Assembly: GCA_963705105.1 (NCBI GenBank)
Contig: CAVPIW010000010.1
Location: 195,671 to 259,670, forward strand
DNA: 64,000 nucleotides
Direction: 5' to 3'
Source of the DNA: an uncultured Nitrospiraceae bacterium
Lineage (GTDB): Bacteria > Nitrospirota > Thermodesulfovibrionia > Thermodesulfovibrionales > Dissulfurispiraceae
Shown: in pieces, positions 19,395 to 28,957 of the stretch
Position numbering within the stretch: position 1 is the stretch's first letter
Layout of the letters: every line of letters begins with the position of its first letter
Notes under the pieces: generated by a model
Database searches by the model: none
The model's input: only the letters and a program-made list of their open reading frames with translations
What the model was told of the DNA's origin: nothing
Made by a program: the position numbers and the translations under genes

Positions 19395-19600
19395 GTTGCA
19401 TAGAAAGACGGGGCGAAGCGCCTCAAAGCCTTGCTGAAGGCGACGATACGCCTCATTAGGTTTGTCTTTAAGGATTCTACTCTTTGTGGCATCGACCATT
19501 GGCTTGAAAGGTTGTCTTCTGCGAGGGTTACGGTGTCGCCGCAGCAAGGTTTTCGGCGCATACGCCCCGCCTTTCGCGGGAGTGTGTTGCAACGATAAGG
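19395..19600. repeat. ~200-bp MITE-like element; inverted homologue at 30145-30347
   Basis: GTTGCA...GGGGCGAAGCGCCTCAAAGCC left end, CGCCCCGCC...TTGCAACGATAAGG right end. Confidence 0.75.
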
Positions 19601-19619
19601 TGACCCTGTGGCTGTCATA

Positions 19620-20990
19620 TTACAGGAGCAATGCCCCTCTCTCGGCGAGGCGTGACCTGACACTCTGCCTGAGGTTGAGGAAACAGAAATTCCTCTCGTT
19701 GATGAAACGGCTGATCAGAAAGGCAAGGCCGTTGCTCTTCTTGTCCAGGTAGGGCGTATCGATCTGGTCGAGGTCTCCCGTCAGGACGATCTTCGTGCCC
19801 TCGCCGCAGCGGGTGACGATGGTCTTGATATCGATGGGCCTGAGGTTTTGCGCCTCGTCGATGATGAAATACCGCCTCGGCAGGCTTCTCCCGCGGATGT
19901 ACGTCAGGGGCTCCACCTGGAGGAGGCCCGCATCGATCAGGTACTGGTAGCTCTTCATGTTCGACAGATCGATGCGGTCTTTCACCGCATCCCTGCAATT
20001 GCCGATGATCGCCTCCAGATTGTCAAAGATCGGCTGCATCCAGGGCCTGAGCTTCTCCTCCACATCGCCGGGGAGATAACCGAGGTCATTTCCGAGAGGG
20101 ATCACCGGCCGCGACACCATCACCTGGTCGTAGAGTGACGACTTCCTCGTCATTTTCGCCGTCTGGTGCAGTCCCGCCGCAAGGGCCAGAAAGGTCTTGC
20201 CCGTCCCCGCGCGGCCAGTGAGCGCGACGATGTCGATATCGGGATCGATAAGCGCATCGATCGCGCATTCCTGCTCGATATTCTTCGGCGAGATGCCCAT
20301 GATCTCCTTGCCGCGCTTGACCGGTTTCAGCGACATCTTGTCGTTTATCCTCTGCACCGTATCGCCGGAGTGAACATATCGGGCCGACCTGATGCCGTTG
20401 AGAGACTCGTTTTCGCAGAGCACACGCCCGTACATCTCGTAAATCGAGGTCTTGTCGTCCCGGTAGTCTTCCGCCGCAAGACCGAAGGATTCCGCCTTGA
20501 TCCTGACGGCCATATCCTTCGATACGATTTTCACCGCCACCGGATCCCCCCGGTCGTCCCTGAGGTCTTTTTCTGCGATGCTCAATGCCGACCTGATGAT
20601 GCGGTTGTCCTCGACGGACCCGTCGGAAAAGAGCTCGCAGGACTCACTCAGAGAGGCGCTCACCGACATCATGCCTCCCTGACCCACGGGGATGCCTGCC
20701 GAAAGGGACCCCCTTTCTCTCAGCGCGTCGATGATTCTCAGAGAAAGCCTCGCAGACGCTGCGATCTCCCCGTGACCCTTTTTCAGCCTGTCCAGCTCCT
20801 CGATGACGGCAAAGGGGATAACGACGTGGCTGTCACTGAACTTGAAGATTGAGTGCGGGTCATGGACGAGGACGTTCGTGTCGAGGACGAAAATCCTCCT
20901 CTCCGCATCAGGTGCACGAAGGCGACGAAGATTGACGGCTGTCGCATCATTTTTCCTGCACATCGTCTCCATACAGGCGGCATCGTTCAT
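19620..20990 (-). CDS. PIN-domain PhoH family protein (PhoH2-like)
   Basis: VLDTNVL (PIN), GRAGTGKT, LGYLPG, YIRGRSL, IDEAQN, GDLDQID. Confidence 0.92.
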   Translation of the reverse strand: MNDAACMETMCRKNDATAVNLRRLRAPDAERRIFVLDTNVLVHDPHSIFKFSDSHVVIPFAVIEELDRLKKGHGEIAASARLSLRIIDALRERGSLSAGIPVGQGGMMSVSASLSESCELFSDGSVEDNRIIRSALSIAEKDLRDDRGDPVAVKIVSKDMAVRIKAESFGLAAEDYRDDKTSIYEMYGRVLCENESLNGIRSARYVHSGDTVQRINDKMSLKPVKRGKEIMGISPKNIEQECAIDALIDPDIDIVALTGRAGTGKTFLALAAGLHQTAKMTRKSSLYDQVMVSRPVIPLGNDLGYLPGDVEEKLRPWMQPIFDNLEAIIGNCRDAVKDRIDLSNMKSYQYLIDAGLLQVEPLTYIRGRSLPRRYFIIDEAQNLRPIDIKTIVTRCGEGTKIVLTGDLDQIDTPYLDKKSNGLAFLISRFINERNFCFLNLRQSVRSRLAERGALLL

Positions 20991-21396
20991 AAAACCCTCC
21001 AGGTACGAGTATTTTCCTGTCCTCACCGGAACGGACGCCGGCGGATCTTGCACAGCCGATTGTGAACCCTCCAGTTGCATGAAAAGGCGGGACAAAGTGC
21101 ATCAACGCCTTGGTGCTGCGAAAACTTTGCCTTCCCATAAAGACTATTTCAGGCAAAGGGCTGAAAAAATCAACCCTTTACGTACACTCACACTGACACT
21201 GACACTGTCTTTCAGAGCATCTTCGCCCCGCCTTTCCGGAGGTCCTATTGCAACGATAAAGTGAAGAGAAGTTTTCGTCGGGGATGTACAGACGTGATAG
21301 GCGGTATGCGGTGCCGAAGATACTTTGCCCGCCTTGGGGCAGTCATGTGTACCGGCGCTGTTCGCCATGAGGTTGGCTTATTATCGCACGGGTGGT

Positions 21397-21434
21397 GTTA
21401 CAGCAATATTACGTTTTGGAAACAATTCGATGAA
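21397..21434 (-). promoter_or_regulatory. PHO-box-like array upstream of the PhoH gene
   Basis: On +: GTTAC 21397, ATTAC 21408, GAAAC 21419, ATGAA 21430. Confidence 0.55.
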
Positions 21435-21558
21435 AATATGCGAATGCCTCACGTTGATATTTGATGACAAAAGGATTATTTTGTGGTATAAATTGGCAGC
21501 AGGAAAAACACCGATTCCTTCACTGACACTCACACTCACACTGTTTTTTAAAGGAGGC

Positions 21559-24500
21559 ATGGTCATGGTCAATCGCTTTCATCATATCCTTATGACGAGC
21601 GTATTCCTCGTATGGACTCTTTTGCCCTGCGTCGCTTCCGCGCATGGACCGGACCGGGTTGAATCCGACTTTTTCGTGAAAACCGGGCCCTATCTCGACA
21701 GCCAGGCCGGCATCCCTTTTTCGGAATCCCTTTTTGCCGTTCAAGGTCAAACGAAAATTGCCCAGTCCGGTCGGGCAATCAATGCGGCGGATGAGGCCGC
21801 GGTCTCTTTCAGGGACGTGCGCCGGGCCTATTTCTCCGGCGACGAACTGGATGTTCATGTCTCCGTGCAGTCACAGTCTCAGGGTATGAGGGGAGATTTT
21901 TATGCGGTTATATGGACACCGGGTCTCAGGAATGTCATTTTTCTTACGGGCGATCCGCTTAGTCCCCTCTCAATGGTCCCGACCGCTCTCAGAACGTTTG
22001 TAGGTGCCGGATCGCATGATTATCAGGTCCTCCGGTTCAGGCTGCCGGACCTGGCGCAGGGGCTCGAACTTTTCTTTTACGCAGCCCTGGTCAATGCAGG
22101 CACTCCGGTAACAGAGGCGTCCTTCATATCGAACATCGCCCAGGCGAACACCAGGATCATCGGCAACAGCAGCAACGAGGCGGACCGGAAGCAGACCGCC
22201 TTCATGAGGACCCTCAGGACCATCTCAGGCCCGGACACGTACCGTGCAAAGACGGCAAAGGGGGCGTTGAAACGGCTGGACCTGGAGCTTGCCATCCCCA
22301 AAACCCTCCTGCCGCCGGCCTCAGGTGATGACGACCTGGCATTGACCCTCCTTTCTGCAACGCAGGACCTCCTGAGGGTGGAATCACCCCGCCGGAGCTT
22401 CCGCCTCCTCAAGAGGGCGGGACAGGGAACACGAACGCTGACATTCCGCCAGTATTACCAGGATGTCCCTGTCTACGGGTCCTGGCTCCAGATGACGATC
22501 CAGGACAGGGAGGGCTCCTTCCTCCTGAAGAACATGTCCGGAAAGTACATACCTGACCTCAAAATGGATCAGCCTGACCCCACCCTGTCGGCCCCGGAGG
22601 CGAGGCTCAGGGTCATGAAGGCCTTCGGGATCAAGAGCCTGGACAGGCTGAGGATGCCCGTTCCACTGAAGCTGTGGATCTACGATGAGGCACTCTTCGC
22701 CCCTGTCTGCCCGAAATGTCCCGATATCACACATAGTCCGCGGCCGGCCTGGAGGGTCGTCTTCGAATCGCCCGCCCATGGCGGCGTGCTGACGGACGCC
22801 TTTGTCGACGCGTCAACGGGGGAGATCCTGCGCGCCCAGCCCCGGATCGATGATAACGACATGCATATCAGGTCAGCCAACGGCAACACCCTTTCAGACT
22901 GTGCGGACACGAATGACTCCGTCGCCTGGCTCGATGAAGACGGCGTCTGCAAGACACTGGCATCCTGCTCGGGCTGGAATCCCTGCTACTGGGACACCCC
23001 TCATACCTGTGCCAACCCTGACGCGGAGGGCTTTACGGCATTCGATCTGGGCCACCTCATCGACCGGTTCTACAACGACGTCTTCGGCCGCCGCTCCTAT
23101 GAAGACAGCGACAGTTCAGTCTACCGGATCATTCTCGACGTGAGTTTTACGGGCGGAGACAATGCCATGGCCGAACAGTGCGGCGCTTACGAAATCCACA
23201 AGTTCTCCGACGGCTGGGCCACCGCAGACATCATGGGGCATGAATTCGGCCATTCCTTCCACTGGTCCGAGGTGCGCTATGACAGGACCGGGCAGAGCGG
23301 CGCCGTCAAGGAGCACATCGCAGACATGTTCGGCTACTTCTTCGCTGCCTGGAGCGGCCTCGATCCGGACTGGCAGCATGGGGAGCATGCACCGGGCGGC
23401 GGCGGAAGGGACATGGCAAACCCGTCCAGGGACCACATAGACGACTACAATTTCGCCCCTGTCAACGCGGCGAACGACTGGGGAGACGTTCACGCGAACA
23501 GCACCATTCTGAGCAAGGCCGCCTACCTGATGACCGCAGGGGACACCCATCCCGACACGGGCATCCGCGTCAGGGGCGTCGGCGACGTGAAATCGAGGCA
23601 GATCTACTACAGGCTCGTCACGGAGAAACTGGCGGAGAACAACGACTTTGACGATTTCTCGTCCAAGATCCAGGACGCCTGCATCGAGCTGATCGGGCGT
23701 TACGAAATCACCGAGAACGACTGCTGCCAGGTGCGAAACGCCATGGCGGCCATAGGACTTGAAACGGGAGACTCGGACTGCGACGGCAGGGCAGATGACG
23801 TTGAAACGGACGATGACAACGACGGTGTTTCCGATGGAAGCGACAACTGTCCCTTCGTCCCGAATCCCGGGCAGGAAGACGACGACGGGGACGGTTCCGG
23901 TGATGTCTGCGATGACGACGCCGACAGCGACGGCATCAGGAACGCCGATGACAGCTGCCCCCTCGCAGTCAACACCGGCAACGATCAGGACGGGGACGGC
24001 ATTGACGATGCCTGCGACGACAGCGACGGCGACGGCATCGTCGACAGCCTCGACAACTGCCCCAATGCGAGAAACCACAGCCAGGCTGACATGGACGGCG
24101 ACGGACAGGGTGATGCCTGTGACGATGACAGGGACGGCGACGGTGTCGACGACAGCTCCGACAACTGCCGCGATGTTTCAAACAGCAATCAGGCCAACAG
24201 CGATACGGACAGGTGGGGCAGCGCCTGCGACAACTGCGACAGCATTTCCAATGACCAGTCCGACATCGACGGCGACGGCCGCGGCGACGACTGTGATGAC
24301 GACATCGACGGCGACGGCATTCTCAACGGTGAGGACAACTGTCCGGAAGAATACACGGCATCTCCTGAATTGTGCGTCGCCCCTCCGGGCTTCGCCTGCA
24401 GCGATTACGGCTGCCCGCCGAGACCTTTGCTGCCCGCTGCGGAAGTGATGATGCATCTCAACTGGGAACGCCTGCAGGCGGCACACCCGTCTGCGGTGAA

Positions 24501-24966
24501 CCCGGGCTTCGGCATGTCCCTGGACCCCTGCAGCGTCATCGACTGCCGGCCCCAGACCCTCTTCGGGGAGAACGAAGTCCTGCAGGTTGCGATCAGCCTG
24601 GGGATGGGCCTGCCGGCGACATCGCAGACATCCTTCCCGTTTATCGTCAGCGTGTTTGACGAAGAGGGTCACAGGGTGGCGTCCGGTGAGGTGTCCTTCT
24701 TTGCGAACGCAAGGGAGCAGCGGAGGGAAGGAGAGGTGGTTCTGTCCTTCAGGATGATGCCGTCATTCACATGGAGACAGTCCGGCGTCCTGACCGGTCA
24801 GTCCGGCACGGACAACCGGACGGCGACGGACATCGGGGCCGGGGCGGCGCTGCCCGCCTGCCACCTCCTGATCATGCCCCGGAATATGAGCGACCAAAAC
24901 AGGGCACAGCTTTCGCAGATACCACTGAAGTTCTCATATAGGATGAGCTTGCAGTCGCAGAAATAG
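21559..24966 (+). CDS. Secreted M4 (thermolysin-like) metallopeptidase with FTP propeptide and thrombospondin type-3 Ca-binding repeats
   Basis: AGGAGG + ATG 21559, signal peptide; FRQYYQDVPVYG; HEFGH...EHIAD...VHANS; DxDGDG..D.CDNCP repeats. Confidence 0.88.
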   Translation: MVMVNRFHHILMTSVFLVWTLLPCVASAHGPDRVESDFFVKTGPYLDSQAGIPFSESLFAVQGQTKIAQSGRAINAADEAAVSFRDVRRAYFSGDELDVHVSVQSQSQGMRGDFYAVIWTPGLRNVIFLTGDPLSPLSMVPTALRTFVGAGSHDYQVLRFRLPDLAQGLELFFYAALVNAGTPVTEASFISNIAQANTRIIGNSSNEADRKQTAFMRTLRTISGPDTYRAKTAKGALKRLDLELAIPKTLLPPASGDDDLALTLLSATQDLLRVESPRRSFRLLKRAGQGTRTLTFRQYYQDVPVYGSWLQMTIQDREGSFLLKNMSGKYIPDLKMDQPDPTLSAPEARLRVMKAFGIKSLDRLRMPVPLKLWIYDEALFAPVCPKCPDITHSPRPAWRVVFESPAHGGVLTDAFVDASTGEILRAQPRIDDNDMHIRSANGNTLSDCADTNDSVAWLDEDGVCKTLASCSGWNPCYWDTPHTCANPDAEGFTAFDLGHLIDRFYNDVFGRRSYEDSDSSVYRIILDVSFTGGDNAMAEQCGAYEIHKFSDGWATADIMGHEFGHSFHWSEVRYDRTGQSGAVKEHIADMFGYFFAAWSGLDPDWQHGEHAPGGGGRDMANPSRDHIDDYNFAPVNAANDWGDVHANSTILSKAAYLMTAGDTHPDTGIRVRGVGDVKSRQIYYRLVTEKLAENNDFDDFSSKIQDACIELIGRYEITENDCCQVRNAMAAIGLETGDSDCDGRADDVETDDDNDGVSDGSDNCPFVPNPGQEDDDGDGSGDVCDDDADSDGIRNADDSCPLAVNTGNDQDGDGIDDACDDSDGDGIVDSLDNCPNARNHSQADMDGDGQGDACDDDRDGDGVDDSSDNCRDVSNSNQANSDTDRWGSACDNCDSISNDQSDIDGDGRGDDCDDDIDGDGILNGEDNCPEEYTASPELCVAPPGFACSDYGCPPRPLLPAAEVMMHLNWERLQAAHPSAVNPGFGMSLDPCSVIDCRPQTLFGENEVLQVAISLGMGLPATSQTSFPFIVSVFDEEGHRVASGEVSFFANAREQRREGEVVLSFRMMPSFTWRQSGVLTGQSGTDNRTATDIGAGAALPACHLLIMPRNMSDQNRAQLSQIPLKFSYRMSLQSQK

Positions 24967-25056
24967 TGGTGAGACTTTCCGGAAAAGGCGGGGCGAAGTG
25001 CCCCGCTTTTTCACGCAACGCAACGGTAGGCAGGAGCCTGACGACAAATGCACGAC

Positions 25057-25224
25057 GGGAAGGCTGATGTGGTGAAAAGCCTTTCCTCTAAGATACCTAA
25101 TTGATCACCAGACCACCCTGTGCCGTGTCGACCGATGACGAATGCCCGTCAGGCAAGAGGCGCTGAACACCTGGAAAAGTCTCATCATCGCATTGGAAAG
25201 GCTTTGAACCATATCTGCCTTCCC
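25057..25224 (+). repeat. ~168-bp dispersed element with 30-bp imperfect terminal inverted repeats; copies at 31417-31589, 45250-45417, 57524-57691 and a partial inverted copy at 49624-49731
   Basis: GGGAAGGCTGATGTGGTGAAAAGCCTTTCC ... GGAAAGGCTTTGAACCATATCTGCCTTCCC. Confidence 0.85.
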
Positions 25225-25245
25225 GGGGGCCTATGCAACAACGGT

Positions 25246-26988
25246 TCATGCAACGGGCAGGTATATCTTCACCTTCGTGCCTTTTCCGAAGGCGCTCTCG
25301 ATCTTCATCTCCCAGCCATGGGCCCTGACGAGGTGCTTGACGATGGCGAGACCGAGGCCGGTGCCGCCCATGGTCCTGGAGCGGGCGGGGTCGACGCGGT
25401 AGAAGCGCTCTCCCAGTCTCGGCAGGTGCTTCTGCTGAACGCCGATACCTGTATCCCGCACGAAGAGGACGAGCCGCCCCGCGTCCTCTTCGGCTCCCAG
25501 GGTGATTTCGCCCTTCTCCGTGAATTTGATCGCATTGTCGACGAGATTGGTCAATATCTGGATGAGCCTGTTCCTGTCCGCCTGTATCGTGCCGATGCCC
25601 TCCGGGAAGGATGTCCCGACGGCGAGCCCCTTTTCCGCCGCCTTGCTCCTGAGAAGGGCCAGCACAGTGTCGGCGACGTCGATGATGTCGATTTCCGCTT
25701 TCTCGACCTTGATGACGCCGAGCTCTATCCTGGATATCGTCATGAGGTCGTTAATGAGGCTGTTGATCCGCTCGCTGTTCGCCTTGATCATCCCGGCGAA
25801 CCTGATGGCGTTCTCCCTGTCGTCAATGGCCCCTTCGAGCAGCGTCTCGGCGAACCCCCTGATGGCCGTTATGGGCGTCTTCAGTTCATGGGAGACGTTG
25901 GCCACGAAGTCCTTCCTGATCTCCTCGAGCTTTTTCATCTGCGTGATGTCGTGAAGAACGGCGACGAATCCTGCGAGGTCGCGGTCACGGTAAAACAGAG
26001 GTGACACCTTGGCGACCAGGTATCTCTCATCGGGGAGGTCGAGCTTGAGCTGGACCGATGCCGGCGAGAGGCTGGTCCTGACATGATCCACGAGGTCCGC
26101 AAAATCGTGGCTCCTCACGAGTTCCAGGAACTGCTTTCCCGCCGGGTCGGTATTGCCGAAATACTCCGACGACGAGGCGCTCGACAGCAGGACCGTCCCC
26201 TTCGAGTCGGTGATGAGGAGGGCATCGGGCACGCTCTTGAGGATCAGGCCCAGGCGGTTCTTCTCCTCTTCCTTTTCGCTCATGACGGATTTCAGCTTTT
26301 CCGTCATGGTATTGAAATTACGGGCGATCTCCTCGAATTCCCGTCCCCCTTTCAGGAAAAGCTTCCCGCTGAAATCCCCCCCGGCGAGGGACTGGGAAAA
26401 CCCCCTCATCTCGCCGATCAGCTTCCTGAGCCGTTCTATCTGGAGGATGGAGAGGATGCCCGTCGACAGCAGGACGATGCTGACGATGACGATGAGCATG
26501 AATCTTAGATCGTTGACGGCACGGTCGATCTCTTCGAGAGGGACCGCCATCCTGATGAAGCCCTGAACGTCTCCGTCTCTCGTTATTCTCCTGGCGATAT
26601 AGAGATAGTCATGCCTCGTCGTCTCGCTGAGTCTGACCGAAATCCCTGTGGCCGAGAGAAGAGCTTCGACGATCTCGCTCCTGCCGGCATGATTCTCCAT
26701 CTGCGACGAATCGGTGTCCGAATCGCCGATGACCACCCCGTCACCCCTGATAACGGTGATCCGGGCGCCTGTCGTCTCCTTCAGCCTCTTGCAGAGGTCG
26801 TCGATCTTTCCCTGCCCGAAGGGGACGATATCTTCGAGAAGTCCGAGCTGGACGACGAGGCTTTTCTTCAGGTCCTCTTCCCGCCTCTCCCTGACCGCCT
26901 CGGTGATGAATATCTCGATCAGGGCGATTGACAGGACGGTGAGGATCACGTAGATCAGGATGATCCGTGTCAGCATGTCTCTTTTCAT
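25246..26988 (-). CDS. phoR: Phosphate regulon sensor histidine kinase (HAMP-PAS-HisKA-HATPase); start uncertain
   Basis: MENHAGRSEI, DFVANVSHELKTPIT, ERFYRVDPARSR, GGTGLGLAIVKH. Confidence 0.85.
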   Translation of the reverse strand: MKRDMLTRIILIYVILTVLSIALIEIFITEAVRERREEDLKKSLVVQLGLLEDIVPFGQGKIDDLCKRLKETTGARITVIRGDGVVIGDSDTDSSQMENHAGRSEIVEALLSATGISVRLSETTRHDYLYIARRITRDGDVQGFIRMAVPLEEIDRAVNDLRFMLIVIVSIVLLSTGILSILQIERLRKLIGEMRGFSQSLAGGDFSGKLFLKGGREFEEIARNFNTMTEKLKSVMSEKEEEKNRLGLILKSVPDALLITDSKGTVLLSSASSSEYFGNTDPAGKQFLELVRSHDFADLVDHVRTSLSPASVQLKLDLPDERYLVAKVSPLFYRDRDLAGFVAVLHDITQMKKLEEIRKDFVANVSHELKTPITAIRGFAETLLEGAIDDRENAIRFAGMIKANSERINSLINDLMTISRIELGVIKVEKAEIDIIDVADTVLALLRSKAAEKGLAVGTSFPEGIGTIQADRNRLIQILTNLVDNAIKFTEKGEITLGAEEDAGRLVLFVRDTGIGVQQKHLPRLGERFYRVDPARSRTMGGTGLGLAIVKHLVRAHGWEMKIESAFGKGTKVKIYLPVA

Positions 26989-27235
26989 CTTGAATAAAAT
27001 CATACCACGTATCCTGCCGCCATTCAAGGACGGCACCTTCTTTCAACCTTTCACTGACACGCACACTGACACTGTCACTTTTTCCCCTTTATTCATTATA
27101 TGGATCAGGGGTATCATAGAAGAACCTCATCGTTGCATAAGCCTTCCGGAGGCAGCTTCGCCATGAGAAGGCTTTGAGGCGCTTCGCCCGCCTTTTCATG
27201 CAACTAATAAGGTTAACCCGTCAGACGAGAAGGAG

Positions 27236-28924
27236 ATGCCCATGGAAAACCGCAAAGAAACGATCGTCAGGATACTCAATGCCCTGAATAACGAAGACGA
27301 TTACGGCGGCATCTGGCTTCCCGCCATACAGCGGCCCTTCGTCTGGAAAAAGGAGCAGATCGAGCTGCTTTTCGATTCGATCATGCGGGAGTATCCCATC
27401 GGCACCCTCCTGGTGTGGAAGACGAAGGAACCCCTCCGGCTGAGGCGGTTCGTGGGCGCTTTCCGGTCCGGGATGGATCCTGCTCAATTTTCCGTGCCCC
27501 CACAGGGCCGCAGGAAATCCATACTCCTTGACGGCCAGCAGAGGGTCCAGGGTCTGTTCATCGCCCTGCGGGGAAGTTACGACGGCGACGACCTCTACTT
27601 CAATGTCCTGTCCGGAAAGGGTGACGATGACGGCAGGAGATACGTCTTCCGCTTCCTCCCAGCAGAGGAGGCCAGGGCATCAGAGGGTTGGGTGGGGGTG
27701 AAGGACCTCCTTTCCGATTCGAAGGGTTTTTACCGGAAATCCGACGAGATCATCAGCGGCCTCGGTCCGGAAAATCCGCCCGAGAGCGTCAGGGACCTCG
27801 TGCGCTCCAACATCGACCGCCTGCTGCGGCAGCTCCGTGACCGGGACACGATCATTTTTCAGCAACTCGACAGTGTCTATCAGCCCGACAGCTACTCACT
27901 CGACGACATCGTCGAAATCTTCATCAGGGCGAATGCCGGCGGCACGATGCTCGGAAAATCGGACCTCCTCTTCGCCATCCTGAGGGGGAACTGGGATTCG
28001 CTCGACGAGGACCTTGCAGGAGTCGTCGGGCAGTTGTCGGACGGGGGGTTCACCTTCAGCGCCGATTTCATCATCAAAACGGGGCTTGTCCTCACCGGCA
28101 GGGGGGCCGAAATCTCCGTCGATGCCATGCGGGACACAGCGGCGCTCCGTGCCGTCCAGGACGGCCTCGGAGACATGACGGCGGCCCTCAGGGATGTGAC
28201 TCACATGATCAGGGAGTCGACCTTCATCAAGAGCGCCGTCGCCCTCGCCGACACAAGCGCCCTCATCCCCCTTGTCTGTTTCAGACGTCATTTCCCGGAG
28301 GCATGGAATAATACTGACAAGGGTTACCTCTGCAGATGGCTCCTGCTGGTCCTCGTGAGCGGTGTTTTCACCGGGAACTCCGACTCCCTCATCAACGCGC
28401 TGGTCGATGACATAAAAAGGAGCGGCCGTTTCGACGTGCCCGCCCTCACGGCGATCATCAGGAGGAGGGCGAAGAGGACCGATCCTTCGCCCCGGGAGAT
28501 CCTGAGACTCGCGATGGGTCAGAAACAGCTCTATCCGCTCTTCAATCTCCTTTATGACGGTGATGCGCGGGAGCGGGCATTCATCGAAGACCTGCCGGAG
28601 ATCGTCCACATTTTCCCCCCGGCGATGCTCAGGAGCATAAAATCCGTCAACAGGCAATCAGGCCGGAAGACGCTGAAATACAGGCGCTTCGACAGGGATC
28701 AGCTTGCCAATCTCATACTCTGCGAGCGTGAGGATGCAGCGAAAGGGAAGCTCGATGAGCCTGCGGAAAAAAGATTAAAGGGGAAGTCGGCGGCTTACCT
28801 GAAGCGGCATATGATCCCTGCGGATCAGTCACTCTGGAAGGGAGAAAACTACGACGCCTTCATCGCGGAGAGGAAGAAGCTGATCCTGCGAAGGCTGAAA
28901 GAGGTCATAGTTCGGGGATTCTGA
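27236..28924 (+). CDS. DUF262 (GmrSD-like) protein
   Basis: LPAIQRPFVW, LLDGQQR, FIRANAGG; degenerate HIFP...ANL C-terminus. Confidence 0.82.
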   Translation: MPMENRKETIVRILNALNNEDDYGGIWLPAIQRPFVWKKEQIELLFDSIMREYPIGTLLVWKTKEPLRLRRFVGAFRSGMDPAQFSVPPQGRRKSILLDGQQRVQGLFIALRGSYDGDDLYFNVLSGKGDDDGRRYVFRFLPAEEARASEGWVGVKDLLSDSKGFYRKSDEIISGLGPENPPESVRDLVRSNIDRLLRQLRDRDTIIFQQLDSVYQPDSYSLDDIVEIFIRANAGGTMLGKSDLLFAILRGNWDSLDEDLAGVVGQLSDGGFTFSADFIIKTGLVLTGRGAEISVDAMRDTAALRAVQDGLGDMTAALRDVTHMIRESTFIKSAVALADTSALIPLVCFRRHFPEAWNNTDKGYLCRWLLLVLVSGVFTGNSDSLINALVDDIKRSGRFDVPALTAIIRRRAKRTDPSPREILRLAMGQKQLYPLFNLLYDGDARERAFIEDLPEIVHIFPPAMLRSIKSVNRQSGRKTLKYRRFDRDQLANLILCEREDAAKGKLDEPAEKRLKGKSAAYLKRHMIPADQSLWKGENYDAFIAERKKLILRRLKEVIVRGF

Positions 28925-28957
28925 ACCTTGCAGTCGCATGGAAATGGAGGGAATGAG

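Noticed and set aside
19298..19663. N-terminal ORF extensions of the GT gene (also 21325-21558, 30177-30377) and ORFs such as 25120, 45262 and 57425
   Set aside because: They read through repeat elements or promoter arrays; downstream starts fit the family or RBS better
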